A stretch of 64,000 nt of DNA from Phenylobacterium sp. (GCF_016793285.1 NZ_JAEUMO010000128.1:3-64002); one strand, 5' to 3'; positions 1-9,565 are shown, counted from the first letter of the stretch. Made by a program: numbers and translations. The notes: generated from the sequence alone by a model not told the origin.

Positions 1-438
1 GACGGCGATGTCATGGTCGGCGTCCAGGAACTCGGCCTCGCAGTCGCCGTGGACGCGGCAGGCCGCCTCGAAGGCGCTGCGGCTCACCACCTTCACGCCC
101 TCGGCCGCCGCCAGCCGCGGGACCATGTCGTCGTCGACGATCGCCACCGACGGCGCCGTGCGCGCCAGCAGCCTGTTCAGGTCGGCGTCGGGCAGGCGGT
201 AGTTCAGCGGCGCGAAGGGCTTCGCCAGCATCCCGGCCGCGAAGATGGCGATCGGCAGGGTCGGCCCGTTCAGGCCCACGAAGGCGACGTTGGACCCGCC
301 CATCTGCTCCAGGAACGCCGCGCCGTGGTGCGCGCGCCGGCGCGTCTCGCGATAGCTCAGGCCCGCCGCGCGCGGCCCCAGGGCCAGCCGGTCGGGCGCG
401 GCGTCCGCCGCCATGTCGAGCAAGAGGGCCGTGTGCAT
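1..438 (-). CDS. AMP-dependent acyl-CoA synthetase/ligase, N-terminal part (gene runs off the window start)
   Basis: My own translation of the minus strand from ATG 438-436 gives MHTALLLDMAADAAPDRLALGPRAAGLSYRETRRRAHHGAAFLEQ...KPFAPLNYRLPDADLNRLL. The frame is open to position 1, so it is absent from the ORF track. The pattern is typical of adenylate-forming enzyme N-termini. Confidence 0.6.
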   Translation of the reverse strand, partial: MHTALLLDMAADAAPDRLALGPRAAGLSYRETRRRAHHGAAFLEQMGGSNVAFVGLNGPTLPIAIFAAGMLAKPFAPLNYRLPDADLNRLLARTAPSVAIVDDDMVPRLAAAEGVKVVSRSAFEAACRVHGDCEAEFLDADHDIAV

Positions 439-497
439 GGCTAGACTTCCGAAACACCGCTCATCCCCGCGAACGCGGGCATGAGCGGAAATCAAAC

Positions 498-821
498 TCA
501 GTCCGACGCCGGCAGCTTCTTGGCTTCCTTGGCGCCGATCGGACGGCCGCCGATGGTCAGCGTGCCCTGACCGGTCTTGGTGCAGAGCACCTCCATCCCG
601 GTCTCCTCGTCGGCGTAGCGCTTGCCCGCCTGGCTGCCGTCGGTGAAGCCTTCCGCGATCGTCTTGCCATCGGGCCGGGCCTCGGCGTGCGCGATCACCG
701 GATAGCCGCCGCATTCGAGCGACGCCTCCGATTTCGGGGGGCGCACGACCACCACCTCGGTATCGCACACCGCACTCTTCCAGCGCGATCCGGGCTTCAG
801 CTCCATCCGTTCGATCCCCAC
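498..821 (-). CDS. small conserved hypothetical protein (107 aa)
   Basis: ORF 498..821 has a non-junk composition (MGIERMELKPGSRWKSAVCDTEVVVVRPPK...). It sits co-directionally between acyl-CoA metabolism genes. I recognise no family. Confidence 0.55.
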   Translation of the reverse strand: MGIERMELKPGSRWKSAVCDTEVVVVRPPKSEASLECGGYPVIAHAEARPDGKTIAEGFTDGSQAGKRYADEETGMEVLCTKTGQGTLTIGGRPIGAKEAKKLPASD

Positions 822-924
822 GTACCGATTGTTCTGATTGGCCTATCTCTAGCGGGCGGTCCGCGCCGCGTCCACGCACGACAGCGCCAATTACGGATAC
901 GACGCCGCCTTCCGGTCGTCCGCG

Positions 925-1698
925 CTACCGGCCGCCCTGGCCGTCGTCCACGCGGATCACCGTGCCCGTCACCGCCTCCGAAGCCGGTCCGACCAGGTAG
1001 AGCAGGGTCGAGTCGAGCTGCGCCGGATCGCCCAGGCGCTGGCGCGGGAAGCGCTGGGTGATGTCGCCCATCCGGCTCAGCATCCCGTCCATCATCTCCG
1101 AGGCGAAGGCGCCGGGCGCGATGGCGTTGACGTTGATGTTGAACCGCGCCCACTCGACGGCCAGCACCTCGGCCGAGCGCGCGACCGCGGCCTTGCTCAC
1201 GGAATAGAGCGCCGCCCCGCCGCCAGCGTAGGAGAAGGCCGCCACCGAGGCGATGTTGACGATCCGGCCCGGCTTCTCGGCCGCCATCAGCCGGCGCGCC
1301 ACTTCGCAGGCCAGGATGAACGGCGCGCGGACGTTCAGGTCCAGCACCCGGTCGATCAGCTCCAGCGACATCTTGTGCGCCCGTTGCGCGTCGGGGATGC
1401 CGGCGTTGTTGATCAGGATCTGCACGGTCCCGAGCTCGGCCTCGGCCCTGGCGACCGCGGCGATGCACTGCTCGGCGTCGGTGGCGTCCAGCGCGACCGG
1501 CAGGCACACGCCGCCCGCGTCGCGGATCTCCCGCGCCAGCGCCTCCAGTTTGTCGGTCCGGCGCGCGGCGACGGCGACCTTGGCCCCGCACGCCGCCAGC
1601 ACCCTGGCGAACCGGTAGCCCAGCCCCGAGGAGGCGCCGGTGACCAGCGCGACCTGGCCCGTCAGGTCGACCGAGTTGTTCGGAAGGGGGAAGCTCAT
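925..1698 (-). CDS. short-chain dehydrogenase/reductase (SDR)
   Basis: It carries the TGASSGLG Rossmann motif, NNAG, and YSVSKAAV (YxxxK). Its start overlaps the stop of the upstream ACAD gene in an ATGA at 1695-1698. Confidence 0.9.
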   Translation of the reverse strand: MSFPLPNNSVDLTGQVALVTGASSGLGYRFARVLAACGAKVAVAARRTDKLEALAREIRDAGGVCLPVALDATDAEQCIAAVARAEAELGTVQILINNAGIPDAQRAHKMSLELIDRVLDLNVRAPFILACEVARRLMAAEKPGRIVNIASVAAFSYAGGGAALYSVSKAAVARSAEVLAVEWARFNINVNAIAPGAFASEMMDGMLSRMGDITQRFPRQRLGDPAQLDSTLLYLVGPASEAVTGTVIRVDDGQGGR

Positions 1699-2954
1699 GC
1701 CTTGCTCCGGCCGCTGGTGGGGATGTCCTTGAAGGGGACGGTCTTGTCGACGCGGATGTCGCCGGGCAGGCCCAGGACGCGCTCGCCGATGATGTTCTTC
1801 AGGATCTCGTCCGAGCCGCCCTCGATGCGGGTCGCGGGCGAGCGCATCAGCATCCCCTGGAAGCGGCCGTTCTGCGGGCTGTCGGCGTCCCAGACCACGC
1901 CCGCCTGGCCCTGCAGGTCCAGCGCGAACATCGCCAGCTCCTGCATGTTGGCCCCGGCCACCAGCTTGCCGATGGAGTTCTCCGGCCCGGGCGTCTCGCC
2001 CTTGGAGAGCGCGCTGATCGCGCGCATGCCGGTGTACTTCAGCCCCGACTGCCGCACCGCGAACTGCGCCAGCTTCGAGCGCACGTTGGCGTCGTCCGTC
2101 GCCGGCGCCCCGTCGATCTCGGTCTCCAGGCAGTAGCGGAACAGCTCAGGGAAGCCGTTCGACATCCCCGACCCGATCGACAGCCGCTCGTTCATCAGCG
2201 TGGTGAGCGAGACCTCCCACCCCTGGCCGACCGCGCCCAGCCGCTGGTCGTCGGGGATCCGCACGTCGTTGAAGAACACCTCGTTGAAGCCCGACTGCCC
2301 GTTCGCCTGCTTGATCGGCCGCACGTCGACGCCGGGGCTGTCCATCCGCAGGAAGAACATCGTCAGCCCCTTGTGCTTCGGCACGTCGGGATCGGTCCGG
2401 GTGATGAGCAGGCCCCACTGCGAATGCTGGGCCCCGCTTGTCCACACTTTCGACCCGGAGATGATCCAGTCGCCGGAGCCGTCGTCGGCCTTCGTCGCCT
2501 TGGTGCGCAGGCCCGCCAGGTCCGAGCCGCCGGCCGGCTCGGAGAAGAGCTGGCACCAGATCTCCTCGCCGCTCGCCAGCGGCGGCAGCAGGCGGCGCCT
2601 ATGCGCCTCGCCGGCCCAGGCCATGACGGTGGGGCCGCACATGCCGTGGCCGATGATGAAGGGCCCGGAGAGCGCGCCGTAGACGCCCTCTTCCTGGCCG
2701 AAGATCACGCGCTCGATGGGGCTGGCGGCGCGGCCGCCGTACTCCTTCGGCCAGTGCAGGCAGGCCCAGCCGCCCTCGGCCTTCTTCTTCTGCCAGGCCT
2801 TGGAGGCGGCCATGGGGTCCATGCTCTCGATGCCGCTCGAGGCGAAGCTGGCGCGCTTCAGCTCGGCTTCGAGCTGCTTCGGCGCATTGGCGTCGATCCA
2901 GGCGCGGACCTCGGCGCGGAACCTGGCTTCTTCGGGGGTGTCGTCGAAGTTCAT
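1695..2954 (-). CDS. acyl-CoA dehydrogenase (catalytic-type subunit)
   Basis: The 419-aa product has the ACAD fold pattern. The C-terminal ATRIEGGSDEILKNIIGERVLGLP retains the Glu at the position of the ACAD catalytic base (I-x-E-G-x-x-E-I). Confidence 0.9.
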   Translation of the reverse strand: MNFDDTPEEARFRAEVRAWIDANAPKQLEAELKRASFASSGIESMDPMAASKAWQKKKAEGGWACLHWPKEYGGRAASPIERVIFGQEEGVYGALSGPFIIGHGMCGPTVMAWAGEAHRRRLLPPLASGEEIWCQLFSEPAGGSDLAGLRTKATKADDGSGDWIISGSKVWTSGAQHSQWGLLITRTDPDVPKHKGLTMFFLRMDSPGVDVRPIKQANGQSGFNEVFFNDVRIPDDQRLGAVGQGWEVSLTTLMNERLSIGSGMSNGFPELFRYCLETEIDGAPATDDANVRSKLAQFAVRQSGLKYTGMRAISALSKGETPGPENSIGKLVAGANMQELAMFALDLQGQAGVVWDADSPQNGRFQGMLMRSPATRIEGGSDEILKNIIGERVLGLPGDIRVDKTVPFKDIPTSGRSKA

Positions 2955-2970
2955 CTCGTGCTCCTCGCGC

Positions 2971-4092
2971 TCAGGCCGCCGCTTCGGCGTTGCCGGCGCT
3001 CATCCGTTCGATCAGCAGGCTCTCCCAGGTCGACAGCGACCCCAGCGCAAGCGCCAGCGCGTTCGAGCGCCGGTAGTAGAGGTGGCAGTCGAAGGCCCAG
3101 GTGAAGCCCATGCCGCCATGCACCTGGATGTTGTTCTTCGCGCAGTGCTGGAAGGCGGTGGTGGCCGAGACGCGCGCGGTGGCCGCCGCCACCGGCAGCT
3201 CCGCGGCCTCGGTGGAGAGCGCCCAGGCCGCGTAGTAGCAGTTGGAGCGCGCCAGCGTGGCCGAGACGTACATGTCGGCCAGCATGTGCTTGATGCCCTG
3301 GAACGAGCCGATCTGGCGGCCGAACGCCATCCGCTCGAGCGCATAGTCGCGGGCCATTTCCAGCGCCTTGTCGGCGCCGCCCACCTGCTCGTAGGCCATC
3401 AGGATCGCGGCGCGGTCGATCACCCGGTCGGTCAGGCCCCAGCCGTCGCCGGTCGCGCCCAGCGGCTCGGCCGCGGCGCCGTCGAACGTCAGCTTCGCAT
3501 AGCTGCGGGTCGGGTCGATGGTCTCCAGCGTCTCGCGCTTCACGCCCGGTCCGCCCAGGTCCACGAGGCAGAGCGACAGGCCGCCAGGCCCCTTCGCCAG
3601 CACCACCGCGACGTCGGCCACGTCGCCGTCCGGCACGACGGTCTTCGCGCCCGTCAGCCTGCCGTCCTTCAGGCTGGCCTTGATGCCCTCCGGCTTCACG
3701 CGGCCCGAACTCTCGACGTAGGCGAAGGTCCCCACCGCTTCGCCGCTGGCCAGTTTCGGCAGCCACGCCTGCTTCTGCGCCTCCGAGCCCGCCAGCAGCA
3801 GGAACTCGGCGCAGAGGTAGATGGACGAACTCACCGGCACAGGGGCGATGGCGCGACCCAACTCCTCGGCGATCAGGCAGAGCTCCAGGTGGCCCAGGCC
3901 CATGCCGCCGTAGGCCTCGGGAATCGCCACGCCCAGGACGCCGAGCTCGGCCAGGCCGGCGTAGAGCGCCCTGTCGTAGGGTTCCGGGCCTTCGAGGATC
4001 GCGCGCGGCGCGCTCGTCGGGCACTTCTCGGCCAGGAAGCGGCGGACCTGCTCCTGCAGCGCCTTCTGGTCGTCGGAGAAATCGAGGTTCAT
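2971..4092 (-). CDS. acyl-CoA dehydrogenase family protein lacking the usual catalytic-Glu motif (probable partner subunit)
   Basis: I trimmed ORF 2971..4239 to ATG 4092 (MNLDFSDDQKALQEQVRRFLAEK, a typical ACAD N-terminus). The C-terminus reads QVHGGMGFTWAFDCHLYYRRSNALALALGS where the YEGT-type motif normally sits. Confidence 0.85.
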   Translation of the reverse strand: MNLDFSDDQKALQEQVRRFLAEKCPTSAPRAILEGPEPYDRALYAGLAELGVLGVAIPEAYGGMGLGHLELCLIAEELGRAIAPVPVSSSIYLCAEFLLLAGSEAQKQAWLPKLASGEAVGTFAYVESSGRVKPEGIKASLKDGRLTGAKTVVPDGDVADVAVVLAKGPGGLSLCLVDLGGPGVKRETLETIDPTRSYAKLTFDGAAAEPLGATGDGWGLTDRVIDRAAILMAYEQVGGADKALEMARDYALERMAFGRQIGSFQGIKHMLADMYVSATLARSNCYYAAWALSTEAAELPVAAATARVSATTAFQHCAKNNIQVHGGMGFTWAFDCHLYYRRSNALALALGSLSTWESLLIERMSAGNAEAAA

Positions 4093-4213
4093 GGAATGCT
4101 CCGTAGCTCGCCGCGCAGTTGAACCCGGTGCCGCCACGGCAGGGAAGCGCGTGATTTCGCTGGGACGCGGGGCGCCCGCACGGCAAGCTCGGCGGCCTCG
4201 AGGGAGCTGTGAG

Positions 4214-5455
4214 ATGATCGATCCGAAGAACCTTGCCACCGCGGCCCTGGCGGCTCTCGCGGCGGCGACTCAGGCCTCGGCGCAGCCCCGGTGGCCGGGA
4301 GTCGACGCTGCCCTCAGCCCCTACGTCGAAAAGGGCGAGCTGGCCGGCGTGATCACCTACGCGCTGAAGGACGGCAAGCTCGTGCATGCCTCTGCCATCG
4401 GCAAGCGCGACCTCGAGACCGGCGCCCCGATGCAGATGGACACCATCGTGCGCGCCTTCTCCATGACCAAGCCGGTGACGGCCGTGGCCATGGCGATCCT
4501 CTACGACGAGGGGAAGTGGCGGCCGGAAGACCCGCTCGCCAAGGTGCTGCCCGAACTGGCCGACCTGAAGGTGTTCAAGGGGATGGACGCGGACGGCAAG
4601 CCGATCCTGGCCGCGCCCGCGCACCAGCCGACCATCGGCGAGGTGATGACCCACACCGCGGGGTTCTCATACGGCTTCAACCCCGGCTACGTGGACGACG
4701 CCTACCGGGCCAACAATCCGCTGCGGGCCCCGACGTCGGAAGACGCGCTGAAGCGCATCGCCGGCCTGCCCCTGGCCTACGAGCCGGGGACGAAGTGGCA
4801 GTACTCGATCTCGATGGACGTCGAGGGCCTGATCGTCGAGCGCCTGTCGGGCCAGTCGCTGCCGCTCTTCATGCAGAGCCGCATCTTCGGCCCGCTGAAG
4901 ATGGTCGACACCGCCTTCATGGTGCCCGAGGGCAAGCGCGACCGCTTCGCCCAGCTCTACGAGTGGAAGGACGGCCGGCTGCAGGTTCCCGGCCCCGGAC
5001 CGTTCAACTCGGCCTACGCCAAGGTCCCCGGCTTCGCGATGGGCGGCGGCGGCCTGGTGACCACCGCCTCGGACTACGCCCGCTTCGCCCAGATGCTGCT
5101 GAACGGCGGCACGCTGGACGGCGCGCACATCCTGAAGCCCTCCACGGTCAGGCAGATCATGACCAGCCACATCTCGCCCGAGATCGCGGCCGGCGGCTAC
5201 GGCATCGGCCAGCAGCAGATCCGCCCCGGCTACGAATACGGCTGGAACGGCGTGGTGGTCACCGACCCCGAGCGCGCCGGCGTCGCCATGGGCAAGGGCA
5301 GCTACCTCTGGGACGGCGCGGCCGGCACCTGGTTCTGGGTCGATCCGCAGAACAAGGTCGTCTTCGTGGGCCTCATCCAGCGCCTCGGCGGCGAGAACAC
5401 CCCGCAGGTGCAGCCGGTCAGCCAGAAGGCGGTCAAGGCGTCGCTCGGGAAGTAG
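4214..5455 (+). CDS. exported serine hydrolase, beta-lactamase/esterase family
   Basis: I trimmed the ORF to ATG 4214. It has a signal peptide (MIDPKNLATAALAALAAATQASAQ) and an SxxK motif (FSMTKPVT). Confidence 0.85.
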   Translation: MIDPKNLATAALAALAAATQASAQPRWPGVDAALSPYVEKGELAGVITYALKDGKLVHASAIGKRDLETGAPMQMDTIVRAFSMTKPVTAVAMAILYDEGKWRPEDPLAKVLPELADLKVFKGMDADGKPILAAPAHQPTIGEVMTHTAGFSYGFNPGYVDDAYRANNPLRAPTSEDALKRIAGLPLAYEPGTKWQYSISMDVEGLIVERLSGQSLPLFMQSRIFGPLKMVDTAFMVPEGKRDRFAQLYEWKDGRLQVPGPGPFNSAYAKVPGFAMGGGGLVTTASDYARFAQMLLNGGTLDGAHILKPSTVRQIMTSHISPEIAAGGYGIGQQQIRPGYEYGWNGVVVTDPERAGVAMGKGSYLWDGAAGTWFWVDPQNKVVFVGLIQRLGGENTPQVQPVSQKAVKASLGK

Positions 5456-5457
5456 TT

Positions 5458-5552
5458 CCTCCCCTATCGGAGGAGGTGGCGCGAGGCGCCGGAGGCGTCC
5501 GCTCCAAACGTGGATGCCCCCCAGTCGGCATTCGCCGACAGCTCCCCGAACG
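5458..5552. repeat. dispersed intergenic element, copy A (12-nt end + 45-nt core + 21-nt end)
   Basis: GAGGAGGTGGCG lies at 5470-5481, followed by 45 nt and then GGCATTCGCCGACAGCTCCCC at 5527-5547. Both ends and the 45-nt spacing recur in inverted orientation at 28240-28317. Confidence 0.75.
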
Positions 5553-5565
5553 CGAGCAACTGGGC

Positions 5566-6336
5566 CTACTTCAGCTCCATCACCTCGATCCTGCGGAACT
5601 CCAGCGGCGAGCCCTCGCTCTGGAGCGCGATGTAGCCGCCGTTCACCGGCAGCGCACCGCCGGCCGCCGCGATCAGCGGCGTCGCGGTCTTGTCCGTAGG
5701 GTCGTACTGAGGGGCGTCGTACTCGAAGACGGCCTTGCCGTTGATGCGATGGATCACGTGGCCGGTCTTGGAGACCTCGGCCTCCACCTTCACCCACTCG
5801 CCGAAGGGCAGCGCAGGCGACGTCGCATTGTTGCAGTGCTGGGTGATCAGCTTGCCGCCCATCTCGACGTTCAGGCCCGGCGTACAGAGGTTGCCCGTGG
5901 TCCGCGTCTGGCCCGGCACGACGCCCAGGTACTGCACCTCCAGCGACACCGGGAACGGCTGACCCGCGGCCATGGTCGCCGGCGCCTGAGCGTGGATCAT
6001 CACGCCGGAGTTGCCCTTGGCCCAGTCGGGCGTGTCGGCCGGCCAAGTCCCGACGAAGCGGTACTCCATGCGCAGGCGATAGGCCGTGTACGGCGTCTTC
6101 CAGAAGAGGTGGCCAAAGCGGTTCCTGAAGGCCCCGCCGTACTGGTCGTAGCTGACGACGATCTTCCCTTCCCGGGCCCGGAAGGTGTGGAGCGGGTCCT
6201 CGCCGGCGGGCAGGCCCATGATCTTCGGTGTCCAGCCGTTCAGCGTCCTGCCGTCGAACAGCGAGACCCACTTCTCGGCCGCCATCGCCGGCGCCGCCAG
6301 GGCCAGCGCCGTCAGTCCCGCCAGCAGCCCCCGCAT
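5566..6336 (-). CDS. exported DUF1080-type (3-keto-disaccharide hydrolase-like) protein
   Basis: I trimmed ORF 5566..7041 to ATG 6336. It has a signal peptide (MRGLLAGLTALALAAPAMAAE), then KWVSLFDGRTLNGW and a C-terminal GYIALQSEGSPLEFRRIEV, which are characteristic of DUF1080. Confidence 0.8.
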   Translation of the reverse strand: MRGLLAGLTALALAAPAMAAEKWVSLFDGRTLNGWTPKIMGLPAGEDPLHTFRAREGKIVVSYDQYGGAFRNRFGHLFWKTPYTAYRLRMEYRFVGTWPADTPDWAKGNSGVMIHAQAPATMAAGQPFPVSLEVQYLGVVPGQTRTTGNLCTPGLNVEMGGKLITQHCNNATSPALPFGEWVKVEAEVSKTGHVIHRINGKAVFEYDAPQYDPTDKTATPLIAAAGGALPVNGGYIALQSEGSPLEFRRIEVMELK

Positions 6337-6347
6337 CGCAGCCTCCT

Positions 6348-7889
6348 TCAGACGATCGTGCCGCCGGTCTTGCCCCAGTAGGCGTCGCGGATCAGGCGCT
6401 TGTACAGCTTGCCCGTGGGATGGCGCGGCAGCTCGGCCATGAAGTCGATCACCCGAGGCCGCTTCACCCCCGACAGGTTCGCCCGGCAGTAGGCGTCGAG
6501 TTCGGCCCGCAGGTCGTCGCCGGCGTCGGCCCAGTCCATCGGCTGGATCACCGCCACCACCTTCTCGCCCATCTCCTCGTCGGGCGCGCCGACCACCGCG
6601 GCGTCGGCCACGCGCGGGTGGGTGATGAGCAGGTTCTCGACCTCCTGCGGGTAGATGTTCACGCCGCCGGAGATGATCATGAAGCTCTTGCGGTCGGTGA
6701 GGTAGAGGAAGCCCTCCTCGTCCATCCAGCCCACGTCGCCCAGGGTCGTCCAGCCGTACCGGTTGGTGCTGTCGGCCGTCTTCTCGGGCGCGTTGTGGTA
6801 CTCGAACTTCGCGCCGCCCGAGAAGAACACCATCCCCTCGCTGCGGACCGGCAGGGGCTCGCCGTCGTCGCCGCAGATGTGAAGTTCCACGGGCAGCGTC
6901 GCGCGCCCCACCGAGCCCTTGTGGGCCAGCCAGTCGGTGCTGTCGATCGTGGTGCGGCCATTGCCCTCGGTGCCGGCGTAGTACTCGTGGATCAGCGGGC
7001 CCCACCAGGCGATCATCTGCTCCTTGACCGGCACCGGGCACGGCGCGGCGGCGTGGAACACCACCTTCAGCGATGAGTGGTCGTACCTGGCCCGCACCGC
7101 CTCAGGCAGCTTCAGCATCCGCACGAAGTGGGTCGGCACGAACTGGACGTGGGTGATGCGGTGTTTCTCGATCAGCCGCAGGCAGTCCTCGGGGTCGAAC
7201 TTCTCCATCATCACGACCGTGCCGCCCAGCCGCTGCACGTTCATCGACCAGCCCAGCGGCGCGGCGTGATAGAGCGGCGCGGGCGAGAGGTAGATGGTGT
7301 CCGGGTCCATGCCGTACAGCGTCCGCGCCCATTCGGTCAGGCCCTCGGCGGCGGTCAGCGGCCCGCCGGGCAGCGGCCGTTTCACGCCCTTCGGCCGGCC
7401 CGTCGTGCCGGACGAGTAGAGCATGGCCACACCCGGCGTCTCGTCGGCCACCGGCGTCGCCGGATGCTTCGCCCGCTCGGCCTCGAAGGACAGGAACGGC
7501 GCCACCGCCTCGTCTGCCATGAACAGCGGCATGGCCGGCGCGTCCTTCACCGCCTCGACCGCCACGTCGGCCATGGCGCGCGAGACCACGAACGCCTTCG
7601 CGCCCGAGTCCTGGAGAATGTAGGCCACCTCGCCGGCCGTGAGCCGCGACGAGATCGCTGTGTAGCGCAGGCCGCACCGCTGCGCCGCCCACAACACCTC
7701 GTAGTAGATGGGGTGGTTCTCCATCATGATCGCGACACCGTCGCCGACCTCCAGGCCCAGCGAGCGGAAAAGCTGCGCGCCCTGGTTCGAGCGCTCGTCG
7801 AGCTGGCGGAAGGTCACGGTGTGGCCGCTGCCGGCCATGATGAAGGCGGGCTTGTCGGGCGTGGTCTGCGCGTGGACGGACGGATGCAT
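6348..7889 (-). CDS. long-chain/medium-chain acyl-CoA synthetase (AMP-binding enzyme)
   Basis: The 513-aa product carries the AMP-binding signature YSSGTTGRPKGV, then GYGWTTLGDVGWMDEEGFLYLTDRK, and a C-terminal KLYKRLIRD. Confidence 0.92.
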   Translation of the reverse strand: MHPSVHAQTTPDKPAFIMAGSGHTVTFRQLDERSNQGAQLFRSLGLEVGDGVAIMMENHPIYYEVLWAAQRCGLRYTAISSRLTAGEVAYILQDSGAKAFVVSRAMADVAVEAVKDAPAMPLFMADEAVAPFLSFEAERAKHPATPVADETPGVAMLYSSGTTGRPKGVKRPLPGGPLTAAEGLTEWARTLYGMDPDTIYLSPAPLYHAAPLGWSMNVQRLGGTVVMMEKFDPEDCLRLIEKHRITHVQFVPTHFVRMLKLPEAVRARYDHSSLKVVFHAAAPCPVPVKEQMIAWWGPLIHEYYAGTEGNGRTTIDSTDWLAHKGSVGRATLPVELHICGDDGEPLPVRSEGMVFFSGGAKFEYHNAPEKTADSTNRYGWTTLGDVGWMDEEGFLYLTDRKSFMIISGGVNIYPQEVENLLITHPRVADAAVVGAPDEEMGEKVVAVIQPMDWADAGDDLRAELDAYCRANLSGVKRPRVIDFMAELPRHPTGKLYKRLIRDAYWGKTGGTIV

Positions 7890-7891
7890 GG

Positions 7892-8635
7892 CTAGTTCTG
7901 GCCCCCGTCGCAGCGGACGATCGCGCCGGTCGTGAACGACGAGGCGGGGCTCGCCAGGAACAACGCCGTGGTGACGATCTCCTCCGGCCGGCCGGGGCGG
8001 CCCAGCGCGTTGTCGGATGTCTCGCGGGCCTCCTCGCTCCAGGCCTTGGAAATGTCGGTCAGGAACGGCCCCGCCGAGATCGAATTCACCCGCACCTTGG
8101 GCCCGTACTCATGCGCCAGCGACACCGTCATCGCGTTCAGCGCCGCCTTGGCGCCCGAGTAGGGGATCACCGCCGGCAGCGGCATCAGCGCGCCGGTCGA
8201 GGAGATGTTGATGATCACGCCGCCGTCGCCCTGGCTCATCCGGTGCGCCACCTCGCTGGCCAGCCGGAACGGGCCCTTGAAGTTCAGGCTCATCACACTG
8301 TCGAACAGTTGCTCGGTCACCTCGTGGCTCGGCACGGCCGGGCTCATGCCGGCGTTGTTCACCAGGATGTCGATGCGGCCGAAGTCGGCGTAGACCTCCT
8401 CGATCAGCCGCTCCATCTCCGCCCAGCGGCCGGCATGCACGGCATACGCCTTCGCGTTCCGGCCCATCGCGCGGATCTCGGCAGCCACCTCCTCGCAGGC
8501 GTCGAGCTTGCGGCTGGCGACGATCACGTCGGCGCCGTGGCGGGCGAACGCACGCGCCATCTGCAGGCCGAGCCCGCGGCTGCCGCCGGTGATCAGCGCG
8601 ACCTTTCCGGACAGGTCGAAGAGGTCGTCGGCCAT
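7892..8635 (-). CDS. short-chain dehydrogenase/reductase (SDR)
   Basis: I trimmed ORF 7892..9910 to ATG 8635 (MADDLFDLSGKVALITGGSRGLG). It has NNAG and YSGAKAAL motifs. The 5' extension in the track is Arg/Gly-rich junk that overlaps the next gene. Confidence 0.9.
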   Translation of the reverse strand: MADDLFDLSGKVALITGGSRGLGLQMARAFARHGADVIVASRKLDACEEVAAEIRAMGRNAKAYAVHAGRWAEMERLIEEVYADFGRIDILVNNAGMSPAVPSHEVTEQLFDSVMSLNFKGPFRLASEVAHRMSQGDGGVIINISSTGALMPLPAVIPYSGAKAALNAMTVSLAHEYGPKVRVNSISAGPFLTDISKAWSEEARETSDNALGRPGRPEEIVTTALFLASPASSFTTGAIVRCDGGQN

Positions 8636-8770
8636 GGGCGTCTCCGTTTCGGCCCATGCTAGGCCGCGTCCTGGAGAAATTGGAACCACGGAAGTCCGCC
8701 TGCGGCGCGTGCCGCAGGGTGAGCCGAAAGGCGTGCTAAGCGTCCGCGGAATCCAGATCGGGAGACCGCC

Positions 8771-9565
8771 ATGAAGCTCGACTCGTCCGTGTCCGCCATC
8801 GTCACCGGCGGCGCCTCCGGCCTCGGCAAGGCCACCGTGCAGGCTCTGCGCAACCTCGGCGTGAAGGTGGCGATCTTCGACTTCAACGCCGAGACGGGCG
8901 AGGCCGCGGCCAAGGAGACGGGCGCCGTCTTCTGCCAGGTCAACGTGATGGACGAGGCCTCGGTCGACGCCGGCTTCGAGAAGGCCCGCGCGGCCAACGG
9001 CCAGGAGCGCATCCTCGTCAACTGCGCCGGCGGCGGCCGCGGCGGCAAGACCGTCGGCAAGAACAAGGAGACCGGCGAGATCGTGCCGTTCAAGGTCTCC
9101 GACTTCTCCTACGTGCTCGAACTCAACACCGTCGGCACCTTCCGCTGCATCGTGAAGAGCGCCGCGGGGATGATCGCCAACCTGGAGCCGGACGAAACCG
9201 GCGACCGCGGCGCCATCGTGAACACCGGATCGGTGGCGGCGGAAGAGGGCCAGATCGGCCAGGTGGCCTATTCGGCGGCCAAGGCGGCGATCAAGGGCAT
9301 GACCCTGGTGATCGCGCGCGACCTGTCCGGCGACGGCATCCGCATCAACACCATCCTGCCGGGCATCATGGACACCCCGATGCTGGGCGGCCTCAAGACC
9401 CGCGCGCCGCAGGTCTACGCCGGTCTCGCCGCCTCGGTGACCTTCCCCAAGCGTCTCGGCCACGCCGAGGAGTACGCCGACCTGGCCGTCACCATGTGCC
9501 GCAACGGCTACCTGAACGGCGAGACGGTCCGCCTCGACGGCGCCATCCGCATGGCGCCGCGCTGA
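8771..9565 (+). CDS. SDR, 3-hydroxyacyl-CoA dehydrogenase type-2-like
   Basis: It has [20 protein letters not shown], and a C-terminal [14 protein letters not shown] typical of HSD10-like 3-hydroxyacyl-CoA dehydrogenases. Confidence 0.88.
   Translation: MKLDSSVSAIVTGGASGLGKATVQALRNLGVKVAIFDFNAETGEAAAKETGAVFCQVNVMDEASVDAGFEKARAANGQERILVNCAGGGRGGKTVGKNKETGEIVPFKVSDFSYVLELNTVGTFRCIVKSAAGMIANLEPDETGDRGAIVNTGSVAAEEGQIGQVAYSAAKAAIKGMTLVIARDLSGDGIRINTILPGIMDTPMLGGLKTRAPQVYAGLAASVTFPKRLGHAEEYADLAVTMCRNGYLNGETVRLDGAIRMAPR

Noticed and set aside
11-457. Track ORFs 11..457 (-) and 13..444 (+) at the window start.
   Set aside because: Both translate to Arg/Gly/Ala-rich junk. The third minus-strand frame starts at ATG 438 and is open to the window edge, so it is not listed in the track. 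That frame gives a convincing adenylate-forming-enzyme N-terminus.
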